A DNA stretch of 64,000 bases, taken from NCBI GenBank assembly GCA_047150005.1, contig AP038806.1, positions 3,648,001 to 3,712,000 of the forward strand. The letters run 5' to 3'. Shown one piece after another: positions 59,679 through 64,000 of this stretch. The first letter of the stretch is position 1; every line of letters starts with the position of its first letter. This stretch comes from Nitrospira sp. (GTDB lineage: Bacteria > Nitrospirota > Nitrospiria > Nitrospirales > Nitrospiraceae). Below the pieces are notes generated by a model that worked only from the letters and a program-made list of their open reading frames with translations, made no database searches and was not told the origin of the DNA. The translations under genes and the position numbers were made by a program.

Positions 59679-60391
59679 AGGTGGTCCTGGACATCGAAAC
59701 CATACAGGCGCCCAGAGAGGAATGGGAGCGCCTGCTCGGCAGACAGCCGTGTCAGACGGACCTGGCTTCGGAATCCGACGCCCTGGACCTCTTTTCTGCC
59801 GGCGCGGCAGCGGAGCGCCGGCGCGTAGAGGAAGAACAGTACGCCAAATCCGCCTTCGACGGAACTTTCAGCGCGATCGTCTGCGTCGGACTGCTGGAGT
59901 TTTCGGATCAGTTGGAGCCACGGGGAGCGGTGGCTTGGTACGGGAGCAACGAACGGGAATTGCTTCGCCAATTCTGGTCGCGCGTGGCGCAGGCGCGACC
60001 GTCCTTGTTCATCACTCATAACGGCTTAGGATTCGATTTGCCGTTCATCAAGAAGCGATCAATCATCCACCAGGTGAAGCCGAGCCTGGACATCAATCTG
60101 GCCAAATTTCGGACCGATCCCGTCTACGATACGATGGCGGTCTGGAGCAATTGGGACCAGAGGGGGTGGGTCAAGCTTGATGTGCTGGCCAGAGCCTTGA
60201 ACGTCGAAACAAAATCAGGAAGCGGGGACCAAGTCGCGCAGATGTGGGAGAAGGGACAGGGGCGAGAACTGGCTCTTTACTGCCTGCAGGACACTTTTGT
60301 GACCTATGCCTGTTACTGTCGGATGAATTTCCGCCAGCCCCTGTCCCGTGAAGTCGTGCTCCTTCAACCGGAGCTCATCGACGTCAGGTGA
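59675..60391 (+). CDS. PolB-like 3'-5' exonuclease domain protein
   Basis: LDIETI, HNGLGFDLPF, YCLQD. Confidence 0.85.
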   Translation: MKVVLDIETIQAPREEWERLLGRQPCQTDLASESDALDLFSAGAAAERRRVEEEQYAKSAFDGTFSAIVCVGLLEFSDQLEPRGAVAWYGSNERELLRQFWSRVAQARPSLFITHNGLGFDLPFIKKRSIIHQVKPSLDINLAKFRTDPVYDTMAVWSNWDQRGWVKLDVLARALNVETKSGSGDQVAQMWEKGQGRELALYCLQDTFVTYACYCRMNFRQPLSREVVLLQPELIDVR

Positions 60392-60397
60392 ATCCTC

Positions 60398-61306
60398 TCA
60401 GCGGGCCTGATGCGCTTCGGCCCGTTTCTTTACCGGGGCCGGTTTCGAGGACACCTTGCTGGCTCTGAGCGCTTTGATTTCTTCCGCCTGATCATGCAGC
60501 TCGCGTTTCATCCAGCTCGATTCCTTGCGCAGCATGCTGATCTCCAGGTCTTTTTTCGCGAGCGCCTCTTTCGCCTTCTGAATTTCATCCATTTCGGACA
60601 TGAGACCTGGTTCGGTCGTCATTTGCGCTTTGGCCTGCTCGGCGCTCGTCATGGGGGCAGAAGCCGGGGCTTGGGACCGTGCCTGAGGCTTCGAGGCGGG
60701 CAGAGATGCCATCGGAGCCTTGGCCAGTGCGTGGTAGTCGATCACCATGGCGATCATGCCCACAGCGCCTCCCGCCGCATAGGTAGGAGCGCTCTCCGCA
60801 TGGGCGAGGGATTCAGGAGCAAATCCGGTCGCTTTGACACCTTTGGCGATCGTGAAGTAAACGGATCCTTTCTGGACATAGAGGCTGCCCGTGGTGGGTT
60901 CAACGCCTGACCCTGCCGATGAGGATACGCGGAAGGCGACGATCTGTTCCGGTTTCGCCTTGGACAAGCCTTGTACGAGCAGGGGAGTAAGAAACTCTGC
61001 ATCCTCATCGCTGAACGTTCTCATCGGCTTGCTGCCACCAGCGGACATTTTCGAAGACCCGTTCTCACTCTCATCCCTATAGAGCCCCTTCACAATCTTC
61101 ATCATGGTCGCCTGGTCGATGACGGCCGGATGACTGGCGTCAAACGACCAATCGGCCACCTCTTCCAGATGCACTCCGCCCTTTGAGCTCTGTGCGATTT
61201 TGGAAGTGCTCGAACAACCCGCCGCAACCAGGGCCACGACGGCCATCGCCCAAAGCCCGTAGGCCGGTCGTTTCCGGTGGAGGGAACGAATGGATTGGAA
61301 TATCAT
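60398..61306 (-). CDS. Hypothetical lipoprotein
   Basis: Lipobox AAGC; C-terminal coiled coil. Confidence 0.75.
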   Translation of the reverse strand: MIFQSIRSLHRKRPAYGLWAMAVVALVAAGCSSTSKIAQSSKGGVHLEEVADWSFDASHPAVIDQATMMKIVKGLYRDESENGSSKMSAGGSKPMRTFSDEDAEFLTPLLVQGLSKAKPEQIVAFRVSSSAGSGVEPTTGSLYVQKGSVYFTIAKGVKATGFAPESLAHAESAPTYAAGGAVGMIAMVIDYHALAKAPMASLPASKPQARSQAPASAPMTSAEQAKAQMTTEPGLMSEMDEIQKAKEALAKKDLEISMLRKESSWMKRELHDQAEEIKALRASKVSSKPAPVKKRAEAHQAR

Positions 61307-61360
61307 GGACGATCTCCTATGGTCGGAACGATGTGTCGAACGATCTGTAAGAGGGATGGT

Positions 61361-61492
61361 CTACCAGATTCCCAGGCCCATCAGAGTCACGCTCAATGCC
61401 AGCCATCCGAAGAGCCCCACCGCAATGACGGTTTCCAGGCTGACGGAAGAATCGGACCTCTGGTCTGGAGCGGAAGCGACCTTGGAATCCAT
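61361..61492 (-). CDS. 43-aa small membrane protein (not in ORF track)
   Basis: MDSKVASAPDQRSDSSVSLETVIAVGLFGWLALSVTLMGLGIW; SD GGAG. Confidence 0.6.
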   Translation of the reverse strand: MDSKVASAPDQRSDSSVSLETVIAVGLFGWLALSVTLMGLGIW

Positions 61493-61548
61493 AGCGTTCT
61501 CCAGCGGCTAGAAGATGTACATTCTTGAAATTGACTCTTCGAGGATTA

Positions 61549-61564
61549 AGCAAACTTTGTGCCT
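61549..61564 (-). promoter_or_regulatory. Sigma54 (-24/-12) promoter
   Basis: Minus strand AGGCAC-AAAGT-TTGCT (GG-N10-GC). Confidence 0.6.
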
Positions 61565-61881
61565 CTTTGCCATCTTTGGGCCACTCTTCGCCATAATTTG
61601 AAACTCCTGGTCTAGAACCCGCACACTCTGTCTGTCGCCCTATCGCCTCAAACTATTCAATGGGCAGTAATTCCACCTTTTAAGTCATTGTTATTGTGGG
61701 ACCTCTATTTTTGCTCGCGCTAGAATCTTCTGCTCATCAAATGAAGAGAGTATCCACAACATTTCCCCAGGAAGAGAGAGAAACCGGGAGATTACGAGGT
61801 AAGCTTAGTGGCCGGATTCCTACAAAGAGGAGCACTTCCGGTACAAAACTGTTCGATTCAGACCAGGCTCGTGCTCGGAGA

Positions 61882-63222
61882 TCAGGCTGGCGGAGCAGCG
61901 TACAGAGTCGACACAGAGCAATCATAAACCGAGAGTTGAATCATCTGGCCGGGAGCGGCGGGAACGGAATCCTTGGACCACACCACGGTGATGTTTCCGT
62001 CGCTCTTGCCCATGCCCTGAAGAGAGGACCGCTTGGCGTCGCCTTCGACCAAGACGGATAGGGTAGTACCGAGATAAGCCCTATTGCGCTCCTGAGAAAT
62101 TCTACGCTGGAGATCGACCAACGCGGTCACCCGTTCCGACTTGACCGTTTCAGAGACATCATCAGACCATTTTCTGGCCGCGATCGTATTCTTGCGTTCG
62201 GAATACTTGAAGATGAATGCCGCGTGATATCTGACCTCCTCCAGAAGGCGATATGTGTCCGAAAATTCCTCGTCCGACTCCGAGCAAAAGCCCGCAATCA
62301 CGTCGGTGGTGAGCACGATGGCCGGGCACGACGAACGAATTTGATCCACCAAGCTGAGATAGGCGCTCCGGCTGTAGGTCCGGCCCATCAAGCCGAGGAT
62401 CCTGTCGTTTCCCGACTGGACCGGCAGGTGAATGTGTTTGCAGATTTTCGGATGCGACACCACCGCCTCCAGCAGGGCTGGTGGAAAATCCTTCGGATGG
62501 GGCGAAGTGAAACGTACCCGCTCGATGCCGGGCACGTCCGCCACCGCCACCAGCAACTTGGCAAAGTCCCAGTCGCCAGACTGATAGGAATTGACGTTCT
62601 GTCCCAATAAGGTGATCTGCTTGAACCCTCCCGCGGCCGCCAGACGGGCCTCGGCCACGATCCCTTCCGGCTCCCGGGATCGCTCTCGTCCCCTCGTATA
62701 GGGAACCACGCAGAAACTGCAAAAGTTGTCGCAGCCTCGCATGACCGCGATCCAGGCGTTCACCTCGTCGCGACGATCCGGTGCCACATCGTCGTAGGTT
62801 TCGTATTCCGAGAGATCGACCGCCATTTGCCGCCGGAGTTCCCCCTGTTCCTGCGACTCCATCGCCTTCGTGATGAGCCCCGGCAGGTGGCGATAGGAAT
62901 CCGGCCCGGCCAACACATCCACCAACGGTTCCTTTTCGGTCAACTCCTCCTTCAGATTCTGAGCCATGCAGCCCAACACACCGACCACCAAGGGACGCTG
63001 CCGTTTGAGCGCCCGAAGATCCGATAGGTGGGTATAGACCTTGTTGTGCGCATTCTCTCGGATTGCGCAGGTATTCATCAAAATCACATCGGCGCGCTCG
63101 CGATCGTCGGTGAAGACGAAACCGTCGCGCGTCAGCAGCGAGCGCACGAGCTCGGAGTCATACTCATTCATCTGGCATCCGAAGGTCTCAAGATGCACCT
63201 GAGGAGGCCGTTGCTGATTCAT
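61882..63222 (-). CDS. miaB: tRNA methylthiotransferase MiaB
   Basis: TFGCQMN, NTCAIRE, CDNFCSFC, TRAM domain. Confidence 0.93.
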   Translation of the reverse strand: MNQQRPPQVHLETFGCQMNEYDSELVRSLLTRDGFVFTDDRERADVILMNTCAIRENAHNKVYTHLSDLRALKRQRPLVVGVLGCMAQNLKEELTEKEPLVDVLAGPDSYRHLPGLITKAMESQEQGELRRQMAVDLSEYETYDDVAPDRRDEVNAWIAVMRGCDNFCSFCVVPYTRGRERSREPEGIVAEARLAAAGGFKQITLLGQNVNSYQSGDWDFAKLLVAVADVPGIERVRFTSPHPKDFPPALLEAVVSHPKICKHIHLPVQSGNDRILGLMGRTYSRSAYLSLVDQIRSSCPAIVLTTDVIAGFCSESDEEFSDTYRLLEEVRYHAAFIFKYSERKNTIAARKWSDDVSETVKSERVTALVDLQRRISQERNRAYLGTTLSVLVEGDAKRSSLQGMGKSDGNITVVWSKDSVPAAPGQMIQLSVYDCSVSTLYAAPPA

Positions 63223-64000
63223 GACATCGGCACCAAGGAAATGGTGGGCAGCGCCTTGGACGCAGGCCGGAGCGGAACAATCTGCCCCACGGCCCCTCGC
63301 TCGGACGCGGCCGAGATACGGACGGATCGGACTGTGTTGGTGAGCGAGTCGGAGGAAGCCACGGCGACCCGCAGAAAATTCGGCGCCGTGCCCACGGCAA
63401 AGTCGCACGTCTCTCCGGCCTCGAAAAGGATCGGAACGGTCGACCCGATATGGCGCTCCGCAAACAGCATCCGCTTGGCGCGGTCCAGCGCCGCCAGTCT
63501 CATCGCCCGTTCCCGGACCACCCCCCCGGGAACGCATCCGTTCAGTCGCACGGCGGCCGTGCCCGGTCTCGGCGAGAACGGGAACACATGGAGATAGGAG
63601 AAGGGGAGGGTTTCCGCCAAACGGACCGTGTTGAGAAACGCCTCCTCGGATTCTCCGGGGAATCCCACCATCACGTCCGTGCCCAATCCGAGCGACGGCA
63701 CCGTTCGAACAACTCGTTCGATCAGTTTCACAAAGTCCCGCACGCGATACGGCCGGTTCATGGCCGACAAGATCGCATCGTCGCCGCTCTGCAGCGGCAC
63801 ATGAAGATACGGACAGAGCTTCGAAGAGGCAGCCATCCGCTCGATCAGCCCCTCGTCAATGGTCGTGGGCTCGATGGAGGAGATTCTGATCCGTTCCAGG
63901 CCATCGATCCGTTCAAGGGCGTCGATGAGTGCCGGCAAGCCGCGGCCGTCTTGTCTGTACCGGCCGATGTTCACCCCGGTCAGCACGATCTCCCGGTATC
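63219..64000 (-). CDS. mtaB: tRNA methylthiotransferase MtaB (5' part outside window)
   Basis: LTGVNIG, RISSIEP, PLQSG, HVFPFSPRPGT. Confidence 0.88.
   Translation of the reverse strand, partial: YREIVLTGVNIGRYRQDGRGLPALIDALERIDGLERIRISSIEPTTIDEGLIERMAASSKLCPYLHVPLQSGDDAILSAMNRPYRVRDFVKLIERVVRTVPSLGLGTDVMVGFPGESEEAFLNTVRLAETLPFSYLHVFPFSPRPGTAAVRLNGCVPGGVVRERAMRLAALDRAKRMLFAERHIGSTVPILFEAGETCDFAVGTAPNFLRVAVASSDSLTNTVRSVRISAASERGAVGQIVPLRPASKALPTISLVPMS

Noticed and set aside
61317..61553. 78-aa minus ORF
   Set aside because: The alternative frame 61361-61492 has an SD, a TM segment and lies downstream of the sigma54 motif

Overview
GC-rich bacterial chromosome, probably Nitrospira-like (inferred from gene order and an intergenic repeat type; not verified). 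The backbone carries metH, an HD-GYP response regulator, rph-rdgB-tRNA-Pro, tRNA-Arg, a DUF748 protein, a peroxiredoxin, a B12 radical SAM protein, msrB, lon, mutY-mutT and miaB-mtaB. It is interrupted by a ~32.5 kb, visibly more AT-rich integrative mobilizable element bounded by a 44-bp direct repeat (7815-7858 / 40280-40323). Unusually, this repeat is the 5' half of tRNA-Pro(TGG). The element has a tyrosine integrase, xis/XRE genes, a MOBF relaxase and a coupling protein, but no mating-pair genes, and an IS481 copy sits beside the likely oriT. The cargo looks like a defence island: (i) a GNAT/DUF1778 toxin-antitoxin pair; (ii) a translationally coupled metallo-beta-lactamase -> E2-E1-JAB fusion -> patatin operon with no cyclase, preceded by a structured leader and a Com-like Zn-ribbon ORF; (iii) a sigma-like / small protein / ImmA-IrrE peptidase module divergent from a Ubl - E2/E1 - DUF6527-like operon; (iv) a SNF2 - DUF1156 methylase - putative nuclease - DUF499 ATPase cassette. 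The two ubiquitin-like conjugation modules and their regulators are the best candidates for an undescribed system. All family assignments come from motif recognition by eye, not database searches.
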